Shown here: piece by piece, positions 22,873-31,771 of the stretch | Layout: each line of letters opens with the position of its first letter | Position numbering within the stretch: position 1 is the stretch's first letter | Assembly: GCA_963814375.1 (NCBI GenBank) | Contig: CAWFCQ010000005.1 | Span: forward strand, 160,001 to 224,000 | DNA from: an uncultured Chloroflexia bacterium | GTDB lineage: Bacteria; Chloroflexota; Limnocylindria; QHBO01 | Reading direction: 5' to 3' | DNA: 64,000 nucleotides | Made by a program: the position numbers and the translations under genes | The notes under the pieces: generated by a model | What the model saw: the letters and a program-made list of their open reading frames with translations, nothing else | What the model was told of the DNA's origin: nothing | Databases searched by the model: none

Positions 22873-23423
22873 GCCAATCGCTCCTGGGAAGGCGGGGTGC
22901 CCCGGGAGTCAGCGTCGATGCTGGCCCGGAGCGCCCGCGTTGCGTGGTGCAAGCGGGACTTCGCAGTCCCGACGGGAATTCCGATTCGTGCCGCCACCTC
23001 GGACGTCGAGAGCCCGAGGTAGTGGTGGAACACCAGGACGGCGCGCTGCTGGATGGTGAGCCTCCTGAAGGCCCGCTCGAGCAGGTCGCGGTCGTCCACG
23101 GTCAGGTAGTCGTCGGAGCCGTACGCGCCCTCGACGGGGAGGATCCTCGGGCCCTCGTACCACCGCTTGCGACGCCTGGCCTCGGCATAGCACGCGTTGG
23201 TGAGGATGCGGTGGAGCCACGGTTCGAAGCGGGACGGGTCGCGCAGGGCTCGGAGCTCGGTCCAGGCCGTGATCAGGGCGGACTGGACGGCGTCCTCGGC
23301 CAGGTCGATGTCGCGGAGGATCCGCACCGCGATCGCCAGGCATCGGTCGCCCACCATCCGCGCCAGGGAGTCGAACGCTTCCGCGTCGCCCTGCCGCGCC
23401 TGGCGGACCAGCTCTTCCTGCAC
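22869..23423 (-). CDS. ECF RNA polymerase sigma factor 3
   Basis: LVRQARQGDAEAF, EDAVQSALITAW, FEPWLHRI, GIPVGTAKSRLH. GGAGG RBS. Confidence 0.93.
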   Translation of the reverse strand: MQEELVRQARQGDAEAFDSLARMVGDRCLAIAVRILRDIDLAEDAVQSALITAWTELRALRDPSRFEPWLHRILTNACYAEARRRKRWYEGPRILPVEGAYGSDDYLTVDDRDLLERAFRRLTIQQRAVLVFHHYLGLSTSEVAARIGIPVGTAKSRLHHATRALRASIDADSRGTPPSQERLA

Positions 23424-23474
23424 TCATCCCTCCACACCCGTGGCTGTCGGCCCATTGGTGGACCGATCACCATT

Positions 23475-23506
23475 GAGAGCGTTCGAGGGAGCCTAACTGT
23501 TCAATC
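23475..23506 (-). promoter_or_regulatory. ECF-type promoter of sigma 3
   Basis: GATTGAAC-agttaggctccctcgaa-CGCTCTC on the minus strand. Confidence 0.65.
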
Positions 23507-23512
23507 TGGCCC

Positions 23513-23866
23513 TCAGCCGGGCGGCCAAGCCATCGGTCTACCGCCGAGCAGGTGGAGGTGCAGGTGGAAGACGGTCTGGCCTGCCTCCGGACCGACATTC
23601 GTCACCAATCGGTAGCCGTTCTTCAGCCCGCCCTCGTCAGCGATGCGACGGGCGGCGGCGAACAGCGAGGAGAGGATCGGCCCGTCTTCGTCGGTGAGCG
23701 CGTGCGCGTCGGGAATGTGACGACGCGGGATCACCAGGACGTGCGTCGGCGCGCGTGGGTTGATGTCCCGGAACGCGATGACCTCGGCATCCTCGAAGAC
23801 GCGGTCCGACGAGATCTCGCCCGCCACGATCTGGCAGAAGAGGCAGTCCGGGTCGCGGTCGGTCAT
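23513..23866 (-). CDS. Histidine triad (HIT) nucleotide-binding protein
   Basis: DCLFCQIV, AFRDINPRAPTHVLVIP, GQTVFHLHLHLLGGR. Confidence 0.95.
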   Translation of the reverse strand: MTDRDPDCLFCQIVAGEISSDRVFEDAEVIAFRDINPRAPTHVLVIPRRHIPDAHALTDEDGPILSSLFAAARRIADEGGLKNGYRLVTNVGPEAGQTVFHLHLHLLGGRPMAWPPG

Positions 23867-23920
23867 GCGGGCGAGCCTAGGCGAATTCGCCTCCGGTCGC
23901 CAGGACCGTGGCAAGGCCTG

Positions 23921-25120
23921 TCAGCCATCATCGCGCATCAGGCGCAGCACCTGGTCAGAGCTGGCGTTCGAGGTCGTGGCGTAGATGGCGCCGTCCGGCC
24001 CGCGCGCCAGCCCTCGCAGCCGGCCGTGCTCCCCGTCGAGCAGGACACGAACCTCCCGGACGGTGGCGCCGCCATCCTCGACGGCGAAGAGGCGGAGGTC
24101 GCTCTCCTTCAGCGTGCTGACCATGAGCATTCCCTGCCATGCACCCCAGTCGTCACCCTCCAGGAAGATGGCTCCGGACGTCGCGATCGTCGAAGGCCCG
24201 GACGACCATGAGGACGGGAGATACTCGTCCAGCTCGCCGCACTGCTCCTTCGCCTCGCCCTCCTGCTCCTGGGCCGGCCCGATGACATCAATTCCCAGGA
24301 AGCAGCCGTATCCGAAGTTGCCTCCCGGGACGATCCGGTTGATCTCATCCTCGCGGTCGGTGCCGTGCTCGGGAGCCAGGACGAGGCCCTCCGGCCCCAT
24401 GGCGATGCCCTGCGGATTTCGATGGCCCATGCTGTAGATCAGCGTCGGGCCATCTGCACCCGGAAGAACCGGGTTGTCGGCCGGCACCGATCCATCGCGA
24501 TCCATGCGCAGGATCTTCCCGTTGAGGCTGTCCAGCCGCTGCGAGAAGTGCACCCCGCGAACCGTGTTGGCGTCGCCGGTGCTCATCCAGATATGGCCGG
24601 AATCGTCCATCTGAACGGCGCAGCCATTGTGGTGCACGGCTGCGTAGATGCCGTCGACGAGCGGCTCCGGATCGAGTACCAGCCCGTCGTCATCGATGTT
24701 CAGGCGCAGCAGCGCCGTGCGCCATGGAGCATCCCCATCGGCGCCGTCCGGATCGCGCGAGACGCAGACGTAGGCGTGTGGGTACCGCTCGAAATCGATG
24801 TCGACCGCGATGCCCATCGCCCCGGCCTCTCCCTCGGCACGGACGTCCGGGATCTCGAGCGTGGCGAGCTTCTCGGCGCCGGGTTCGGCGCTGGCGTACA
24901 GGTTGATCCGCCCCGCCCGCTCGGTCACCAGCATCCGTCCGTCAGGGGCGAAGTCGAGGTCCCACGGGACTTCCAGATCTTCTTGAATGACGACGGCCGA
25001 CACCTCACCGAGCCCGTCGCTTCCAACCGCCGATGCGCCCGGGGCGTCGGTCTGAATCGGTCCGCACCCGCCCAGCGCGAGGAGGGCGAGCATGAGGAGT
25101 GTCTGCCGTCGAGCCGTCAC
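23921..25120 (-). CDS. PQQ-dependent sugar dehydrogenase family lipoprotein
   Basis: Lipobox LGGC. PWDLDFAPDGRMLVTER, HNG, GKILR, GHRNPQG, DEINRI, GRLR. Confidence 0.88.
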   Translation of the reverse strand: MTARRQTLLMLALLALGGCGPIQTDAPGASAVGSDGLGEVSAVVIQEDLEVPWDLDFAPDGRMLVTERAGRINLYASAEPGAEKLATLEIPDVRAEGEAGAMGIAVDIDFERYPHAYVCVSRDPDGADGDAPWRTALLRLNIDDDGLVLDPEPLVDGIYAAVHHNGCAVQMDDSGHIWMSTGDANTVRGVHFSQRLDSLNGKILRMDRDGSVPADNPVLPGADGPTLIYSMGHRNPQGIAMGPEGLVLAPEHGTDREDEINRIVPGGNFGYGCFLGIDVIGPAQEQEGEAKEQCGELDEYLPSSWSSGPSTIATSGAIFLEGDDWGAWQGMLMVSTLKESDLRLFAVEDGGATVREVRVLLDGEHGRLRGLARGPDGAIYATTSNASSDQVLRLMRDDG

Positions 25121-25132
25121 CGTCGGCCGGGC

Positions 25133-25823
25133 CTAGGCGAAGTCGCCGGTCCGCGACAGGATCACGGCCGCGGCCGCCACCGCCACCGTCTCCGATCGCA
25201 GGATCCGCGGGCCCAGGCCGGCGAGGGTGGCCCCGGAGCTCGTGGCGAGGTCGATCTCGGAGGGTGAGAAGCCGCCCTCCGGGCCGATGATCAGCGTCGA
25301 GGGCGGCGGCAGCGACCCGAGCCGCGCGCCACGGTGGCGCTCGAAGAGGACGACCGCCGCCGGACCGAGGAGGGCCGTCAGCGGCACCGGCGCCTCGACG
25401 TCCGGGACGACCCCGCGCTCCGACTGCTCCGCCGCCTCGCGCGCGATCGCGCCGAGCCGGTCCAGGCGGCGCTGCGAGACGTCGCGCGCCACCGCCCGCT
25501 CGGTGGCGACCAGCTGGAAGCGGGCGACTCCCATCTCGGTCCCGTGCCTGACCACCCACTCGAGCGCCTCGCCCTTGAGCAGCGCCTGCGCCACGGTGAG
25601 CCGATGCGACGGCTCGCTCGGCGCGACGCCGCGCTCCTCGACGACACAGTCGCCACCATCGAGCCGGCAAGTCGCCTGCGAGCCGTCGTTCGGCAGGAGG
25701 ACGATCCGATCTCCGTCGCCGAGCCGAAGCACGGTGCGCACCTGGCGCGCGATCCGCTCGGGAAGCGGAAAGCGGTCCCGACTCCATCTCGTTCGGCGAT
25801 ACGAAGAACCGATGCACGGTCAT
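25133..25823 (-). CDS. rsmE: 16S rRNA m3U1498 methyltransferase RsmE (frameshifted near 25770)
   Basis: MTVHRFFV...VLRL...TEMGV...EAAEQSER...IGPEGGFS...LGPRILRSET. Confidence 0.92.
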
Positions 25824-26728
25824 AGGGCGTGCTCCAGCGCGAGCGCGACCCACTCGCCGTCGTCGCGTCGGTTCGCGACGTCCAGGCCGGCGTCGCGCAT
25901 CGCTGCGATGACCTCGCTCGCGCGGCTCTCGATGATCCCGCCCGCCAGCAGCGTTCCGCCGGGCGCGAGCCGAGCGGCCAGGTCTGGGGCCGCCGCGATG
26001 AGCACCGCCGCGACGAGGTTCGCGACGATGAGCGGGTGGCGATCGCGGCCCGCCGCCTCGATCGGTGCCGTGCTGGACGGTGAATCTGGGCCGCGAGCCC
26101 GTTCAGCTCGGCGTTTGCCCTCGAGGCCTCGACGGCGAGCGGATCGGTATCCACGCCGACCGCCCGGCCGGCGCCGAGCCGCAGGGCCGCCAGGGCGAGG
26201 ATCCCCGAGCCACAGCCGACGTCGAGAAGCCGCTCGGGCGGAGCGACCTCCTGGAGCATCTCGAGGCATGCGCGGGTCGTCGGGTGCAGGCCGGTGCCGA
26301 ACGCCATTCCCGGATCGAGCGTGACGGCCACCTCGTCCGGCGCGAGCGGCTCGTCGACCCATGACGGCACGATCACGACGCGGCCGATGCGCTGGGCGAC
26401 GTAGTGGTCCTTCCAGGCATCGGTCCAGTCGGCGTCGTCCACCGGCCGGACCCGCAGCTCGCCGACCGGGCGCAGGCCGAAGGCCTGGAGGTGCCACAGC
26501 GCCCGCTCGGTGGAGTCGACCGCGCCGGTGGCGGCCGCGTCGTCGTTGATGTGGGCGGTGACAACGAACGGCGCGGTCGGATCCTGCCGCGCGACGAGCT
26601 CGTCGTCCTCGTCGCGAATCAACCGCGTCGGCTGGACGGCGGTACCTGCCGGCGACGCGGCCGAGGATCTCGGATACGGCCTCGACGGCCTCGACATCGG
26701 CCTCGACACTGAGCTCGAGCCAGCGCAT
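25820..26728 (-). CDS. prmA: Ribosomal protein L11 methyltransferase (compensating frameshifts near 26650 and 26085)
   Basis: MRWLELSVEAD; DWTDAWKDHY; LDPGMAFGTGLHPTT; LDVGCGSGILA; IVANL; GGII. Confidence 0.93.
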   Translation of the reverse strand: MRWLELSVEADVEAVEAVSEILGRVAGRYRRPADAVDSRRGRRARRAAGSDRAVRCHRPHQRRRGRHRRGRLHRAGAVAPPGLRPAPGRRAAGPAGGRRRLDRCLEGPLRRPAHRPRRDRAVMGRRAARAGRGGRHARSGNGVRHRPAPDDPRMPRDAPGGRSARAASRRRLWLGDPRPGGPAARRRPGGRRGYRSARRRGLEGKRRAERARGPDSPSSTAPIEAAGRDRHPLIVANLVAAVLIAAAPDLAARLAPGGTLLAGGIIESRASEVIAAMRDAGLDVANRRDDGEWVALALEHAL

Positions 26729-26739
26729 CGGCTCTGTGA

Positions 26740-27867
26740 TCAGCCGAACAGGTCGCGCAGCCGGTCGAAGACCGAGGGCCCGCCCTTCGGCAGCACCGCC
26801 GGCTCGCTCACCTCGCCGAGCTCGCGCAACAGCTCGCGCTCGCGCCGGCTCAGCTTCGAGGGCACGACGACGTTGACGACCACGTGGAGGTCGCCGCGAC
26901 CCGCGCCGCGCAGCCGTGGGACGCCCTTGCCCTTGACGCGGATCTCGTGGCCCGACTGGGCGCCGGCGGGGACCTCGACCTCCTCGCTGCCCTCGACCGT
27001 CGGAACGGTCAGGGTCGCTCCCAGCGCGGCCTGTGGGAAGGTGATCGGCAGCTCGTGGTAGAGCTCGGTGCCGCGCCGGGCGAGCTCCGGATGGTCGCGG
27101 ACGGAGACCGCGACATAGAGGTCCCCGTTCGGGCCACCCCGCGGCCCTGCCTCGCCCATTGCCTCGATAGCGATGCGCTGGCCGTCGTCGATCCCGGCCG
27201 GGATGGTGACCTGGAGCGTCCGCTCGTCGTTCACCCGGCCATCGCCACTGCAGCGCGTGCAGGGGGTCGCGATGATGCGGCCCTCGCCGCGGCACCGCGA
27301 GCACGCGACGATGTTCACCATCTGGCCCAGGATCGTCTGCGCCACTCGCCGCTGCTCTCCGCTGCCGTTGCACTCGGGACAGGTCTCCGGCTCCGTCCCG
27401 GGCTCGCCGCCCGCTCCGTCGCATCGGTCACACGTCACCAGCGTCGGGAAGCTGATCTCGCGCGTGATTCCGAAGACCGCCTCGGCGAACTCGATGGTCA
27501 GGTCGTAGCGCAGGTCGGCGCCGGGAACGACCCGCTGGCGACGGCGCGCTCCCGCCGGCGATCCCCCGAAGAAGGCGTCGAAGATGTCGCCGAACGGGCC
27601 GAAGCCACCGCCGAAGCCCTCGAACCCGCCGGCCGCCGAGCCCTCGACGCCCGCGTGCCCGAACATGTCGTATGCGCTGCGGCGCTGCCGATCCGAGAGG
27701 ACGCGGTACGCCTCGTTGAGCTCCTTGAAGCGCTGCTCGGCGCCGTCGCCGGCGTCGACATCGGGGTGGTGCTGCTGCGCGAGCTTGCGGAAGGCGCGCT
27801 TGATCTCAGCCTCGTCGGCGTCGCGAGGCACCCCGAGCACATCGTAGTAGTCGCGCTTCACGGCCAT
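26740..27867 (-). CDS. dnaJ: Chaperone DnaJ
   Basis: KRDYYDVLGV, HPD motif, G/F region, four CxxCxGxG repeats. Confidence 0.97.
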   Translation of the reverse strand: MAVKRDYYDVLGVPRDADEAEIKRAFRKLAQQHHPDVDAGDGAEQRFKELNEAYRVLSDRQRRSAYDMFGHAGVEGSAAGGFEGFGGGFGPFGDIFDAFFGGSPAGARRRQRVVPGADLRYDLTIEFAEAVFGITREISFPTLVTCDRCDGAGGEPGTEPETCPECNGSGEQRRVAQTILGQMVNIVACSRCRGEGRIIATPCTRCSGDGRVNDERTLQVTIPAGIDDGQRIAIEAMGEAGPRGGPNGDLYVAVSVRDHPELARRGTELYHELPITFPQAALGATLTVPTVEGSEEVEVPAGAQSGHEIRVKGKGVPRLRGAGRGDLHVVVNVVVPSKLSRRERELLRELGEVSEPAVLPKGGPSVFDRLRDLFG

Positions 27868-27887
27868 GGCGAGGCGGATTCTACCAA

Positions 27888-27914
27888 TTGGCACTCAGGA
27901 TGGCGGAGTGCCAG
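27888..27914. promoter_or_regulatory. CIRCE-like HrcA operator upstream of dnaJ
   Basis: TTGGCACTC-N9-GAGTGCCAG, next to an extended -10 (TGgTAGAAT, minus strand, 27878-27886). Confidence 0.85.
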
Positions 27915-28185
27915 TCCACGCTCGGGAATCGGAGGGAGGTATGGCGTGTGTGGGGGCTCGGCTATCGGCCAGCTTTACCGATGCCGGTAAGCAACGGACA
28001 ACGAGGCAGCGTTCGGGCGCGATTCTCGGCACAGATTTACCAGCACGAGTGGGGAGCCGACCCTCGGCGAGCCGTTCGTTCTCCGTTGGTTACCGAGATT
28101 GGTAAACGACCGCCGCCGCCGCCGCATAGCCGCGCCAACCGATACCTGACAAGAGTCGTCAGGAAGCCGCCCTAATATCGCGTCA

Positions 28186-29437
28186 ATGCCAGATCTTCAG
28201 ATCAGTCGCGACCACGCACGCCGGTTCCTGGTCACGCGCCACCTTCTCGCGCCCCCGCGCGCACTGCCGGCGAAGCCGGAGTCGGTGCTGACTGCCGTCG
28301 AGCGGCTCGGCCTCCTCCAGTTCGATCCCCTCGAAGTGCCCGGTGCCCGTAACCACGACCTCGTCCTCCACGCACGGATCGCTGGCTACCGGCGCGATTG
28401 GTGCGAGCAATGGCTGTACGGCCCGGATCGGCGGCTGATCGAGCTCTACAACAAGAGCCTCAACCTGCTCCCGATGCACGAGCTGCCCCATTACCGGATC
28501 GCCTGGCAGCGCAGCGCCGCCTACTACGACGACGACATCCTGACCAAGCAGGCCGACGTCGCCCAGGCCATCCTTCGTCGGCTCAAGACCGATGCTCCAC
28601 TCTCGACCGCGGCCTTCAGCGAGCACGGTCATGCCGTCGATTGGTGGTGGGCGCCGACACGGGCCAGCCGCGCGGTGATGGAGGCGCTGTTCGTCACCGG
28701 GCGCATCGGCATCAGCCGTCGAGACGGCAACCGCCGCTACTACGACCTCATCGAGCGCCTCGTGCCGGCGAAGCTCCTGAAGCTGAAGGAGCCCGAGGAG
28801 GCGGCCATGACGCATCGGCTCCTGAGTCGCTTCCGCGCGACTGGCATGACGATGCCGGCGGGCGGCACGCAGACCGGAGGTGATGTACAGCGCCGGGCCT
28901 ACTGCCGACCGGGTGCGCCGAACGGCCGAGCTCGTCGACGATGGCACTCTGCTTCCGGTCGACGTGGACGGCCTGAAGGCGACGCGATACATCCTCGCCA
29001 CCGAGGAGCCGATCCTCGACGAGACCGCGGATCCCGCCACGTTCACGCCGGGCGTCAGCTTCCTCGGCCCGCTCGATCCGCTCATCTGGGACAGGAAGGG
29101 GATCCTCCGCGGCCTCTTCGAGTTCGACTACCTGTGGGAGGTCTACGTCCCCGAGGCGAAGCGCCGTTGGGGCTACTACGTGCTCCCGATCCTCTATGGG
29201 GACCGGTTCGTGGGACGGATCGAGCCGCGGCTCGACCGCAAGGCGAAGGCGCTGGCCATCCTCGGCATCTGGTTCGAGCCGTCGTTCGAGCCGACCGAGT
29301 CACCGGGCTTTCTCGCCGCGTTCGGCGAGGCCATCGAAGCGTATCGGGTCTTCGTCGGCGCCGATCGGATCACCTGGCCGCGAACCCGCGCCGGACGCGC
29401 GATCGCGGCTGCGATGCGGACCGAGTCAGTCGCGTGA
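28186..29437 (+). CDS. YcaQ-like (HTH_42) crosslink-repair DNA glycosylase (frameshift near 28878)
   Basis: GLLQFDPLEVPGARNHDLVL, RRYYDL, FLGPLDPLIWDR, LFEFDYLWEVYVP..KRRWGYYVLPIL.GDRFVGR. Confidence 0.88.
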
Positions 29438-29821
29438 TGTGCGGGTGATCAGCCAGACGTGGCCGAATGGGTCGCGGACCTTTGCCGACTGCACCGCCAT
29501 CGACGGGTCGGTCGGCGCGCGGATGCTCGTCGCGCCGGCTGCGACGGCCCGGTCGTGGAGGCCGGCGACGTCATCGGTCTCGAGGTCGAGGTAGACCGGC
29601 GTCCCGCCGACCTTCGCTGGTCCGACGATCGACTCGTAGTGCGGATGCTCGTCCGCGACGAACAGCGAGGCTCCGCCGATCCGCAGCTCGGCGTGCGCAA
29701 CCCTCCCCGCCCCACCGGTCATCCGCGTGACTTCTGCCGCTCCAAACGCCTCGCGGTACCAGGCGATCGCCGCATCGGCGCCGTCGACGATCAGGTACGG
29801 CGTGACAGCTCGAACGTTCAT
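29426..29821 (-). CDS. VOC/glyoxalase family protein
   Basis: VTPYLIVDGADAAIAWY..AFGA, HAELRIG, AVAAGA, VRDPFGHVW. ATGA overlap with xth. Confidence 0.88.
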   Translation of the reverse strand: MNVRAVTPYLIVDGADAAIAWYREAFGAAEVTRMTGGAGRVAHAELRIGGASLFVADEHPHYESIVGPAKVGGTPVYLDLETDDVAGLHDRAVAAGATSIRAPTDPSMAVQSAKVRDPFGHVWLITRTSRD

Positions 29822-30606
29822 GAATCGGCGAAGTCGACGACGATGGGCGCGTGGTCGGATGGGATGCCCGGATAGGTCGAGGGCTTGCGCGCGTCGCGGT
29901 CGCGCTCGGCCGCGACGGCGCGCGCCGCCAGCGGTGCCGAGACGTAGACGTGGTCGATGCGCATGCCGAAGTTCTTGTGGAAGTGACCGGCGCGATAGTC
30001 CCACCAGCTGAAGAAGCCCGGCTCGGGGTGGAACTTGCGCACGATGTCGACCATGCCCCATTCCCGGAGCTTCGCCACCGCGGCACGCTCTCGCGGCGAG
30101 ACATGGGTCGCCCCGTGCACCGCCGCCTCGTCCCACACGTCGATCTCCTCGGGCGCCACGTTGTAGTCGCCGCAGACGGCGAGCTCGGTCGTCGGATCGT
30201 TGTCGTCGAGCCAGACCGACAGGCGTGCGAGCCACTCGAGCTTCTCGAGGTAGAACTCGGAGTCGACGACGCGGCCGTTCGGGACGTAGATGGTGGCCAC
30301 CCGCAGCGGACCGCAGGTCGCGGCCAGGAAGCGGCCGCCGTCATCGGTCCAGCCGTCCGGGGTCGGAATCCCGGCGGTGACGTCGTCGATGCCGATGCGG
30401 GATGCTATGGCGACCCCGTTCCATCGGCCTGGTCCGTGATGGACGAGCTCGTAGCCGAGGGCGCGGAAGTCGAGCATCGGTGCCTGGGCGTCGGAGAGCT
30501 TCGTCTCCTGGAGGCAGAGGATGTCGGGCTCGTGGCGCTCGGTCCAGGCCAGCACTCGCTCAAGGCGGGCCTTGAGCGAATTGACGTTCCAGGTCGCGAG
30601 CCGCAT
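29818..30606 (-). CDS. xth: Exodeoxyribonuclease III
   Basis: MRLATWNVNS, LCLQETK, WNGVAI, YVPNG, GDYNVAP, FSWWDYR, GMRIDH, PSDHAP. Confidence 0.95.
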   Translation of the reverse strand: MRLATWNVNSLKARLERVLAWTERHEPDILCLQETKLSDAQAPMLDFRALGYELVHHGPGRWNGVAIASRIGIDDVTAGIPTPDGWTDDGGRFLAATCGPLRVATIYVPNGRVVDSEFYLEKLEWLARLSVWLDDNDPTTELAVCGDYNVAPEEIDVWDEAAVHGATHVSPRERAAVAKLREWGMVDIVRKFHPEPGFFSWWDYRAGHFHKNFGMRIDHVYVSAPLAARAVAAERDRDARKPSTYPGIPSDHAPIVVDFADS

Positions 30607-30747
30607 CGGCCTGAGCATAGTCAAATCGGGGTCAACCGGATGGTTTGTTGAGGGGCGGCCGGAAGACCGGGTTAGTATGCCGGCATACGGTGGCACCGAA
30701 CCGGTGCGTCGGCGGAAGCCGCCAAAGAGATCGAGGGCGCCGCGCAG

Positions 30748-31749
30748 ATGGGCTACAACCTCAGGGATCGCAGCTTCGTCAAGCTGTTGGACTTCACCCC
30801 ACGGGACATCCGGTTCCTGCTGGATCTCTCGCGGGACCTGAAGCGTGCGAAGTACGGCGGGTATGAGCAGCAGCACATGCGCGGCAAGAACATCGCCGTC
30901 ATCTTCGAGAAGACGTCGACGCGGACTCGCGTCGCCTTCGAGGTCGCTGCCTACGATCAGGGCGCCCACGTGACCTACCTGGGGCCGAGCGGCACCCAGA
31001 TCGGCCACAAGGAGTCGATGAAGGACACCGCACGCGTGCTCGGCCGGATCTACGACGGGATCGAGTACCGCGGGTTCGGGCAGGAGATCGTGGAGGAGCT
31101 GGCCCAGTTCGCCGGCGTCCCGGTCTGGAACGGTCTGACCGACGAGTTCCATCCGACCCAGATCCTGGCCGACTTCCTGACCATGACCGAGTTCAGCGAC
31201 AAGCCGCTGCACGACATCAGCTACTGCTACCTCGGCGACGCCCGCAACAACATGGGCGACTCGCTTCTCGTCGGCGGGGCCAAGATGGGCATGGATGTCC
31301 GGCTCTGCGGCCCGAAGAACCTGTGGCCGGCCAAGGAGCTCGTCGCCGAGTGCAAGGCTGTCGCCAAGGAAACCGGGGCCAAGGTCACCCTGACCGACGA
31401 CCCCGCCGTGGGCGTCAAGGGCGTCGACTTCCTGTATACCGACGTGTGGGTCTCGATGGGCGAGGACACATCGGTCTGGGACGATCGCGTGAAGCTGCTC
31501 AAGCCGTACCAGGTGAACGCCGCCCTCGTGAAGAAGACCGGTAATCCGAAGGTGAAGTTCATGCACTGCCTCCCGGCCTTCCACGATCGGCACACGAAGG
31601 TCGGCGAGGAGATGTTCGAGCGCTTCGGCCTCGATGGCATGGAGGTCACGAACGACGTGTTCGAGTCCGAGCGGGCCATCGTCTGGGACCAGGCCGAGAA
31701 CCGCATGCACACGATCAAGGCCGTCATGGTCGCCACCGTCGGCGACTGA
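30748..31749 (+). CDS. arcB: Ornithine carbamoyltransferase (catabolic by context)
   Basis: [41 protein letters not shown]. Confidence 0.93.
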   Translation: MGYNLRDRSFVKLLDFTPRDIRFLLDLSRDLKRAKYGGYEQQHMRGKNIAVIFEKTSTRTRVAFEVAAYDQGAHVTYLGPSGTQIGHKESMKDTARVLGRIYDGIEYRGFGQEIVEELAQFAGVPVWNGLTDEFHPTQILADFLTMTEFSDKPLHDISYCYLGDARNNMGDSLLVGGAKMGMDVRLCGPKNLWPAKELVAECKAVAKETGAKVTLTDDPAVGVKGVDFLYTDVWVSMGEDTSVWDDRVKLLKPYQVNAALVKKTGNPKVKFMHCLPAFHDRHTKVGEEMFERFGLDGMEVTNDVFESERAIVWDQAENRMHTIKAVMVATVGD

Positions 31750-31771
31750 CGAGCGCGAGCGGAGGAGCATC

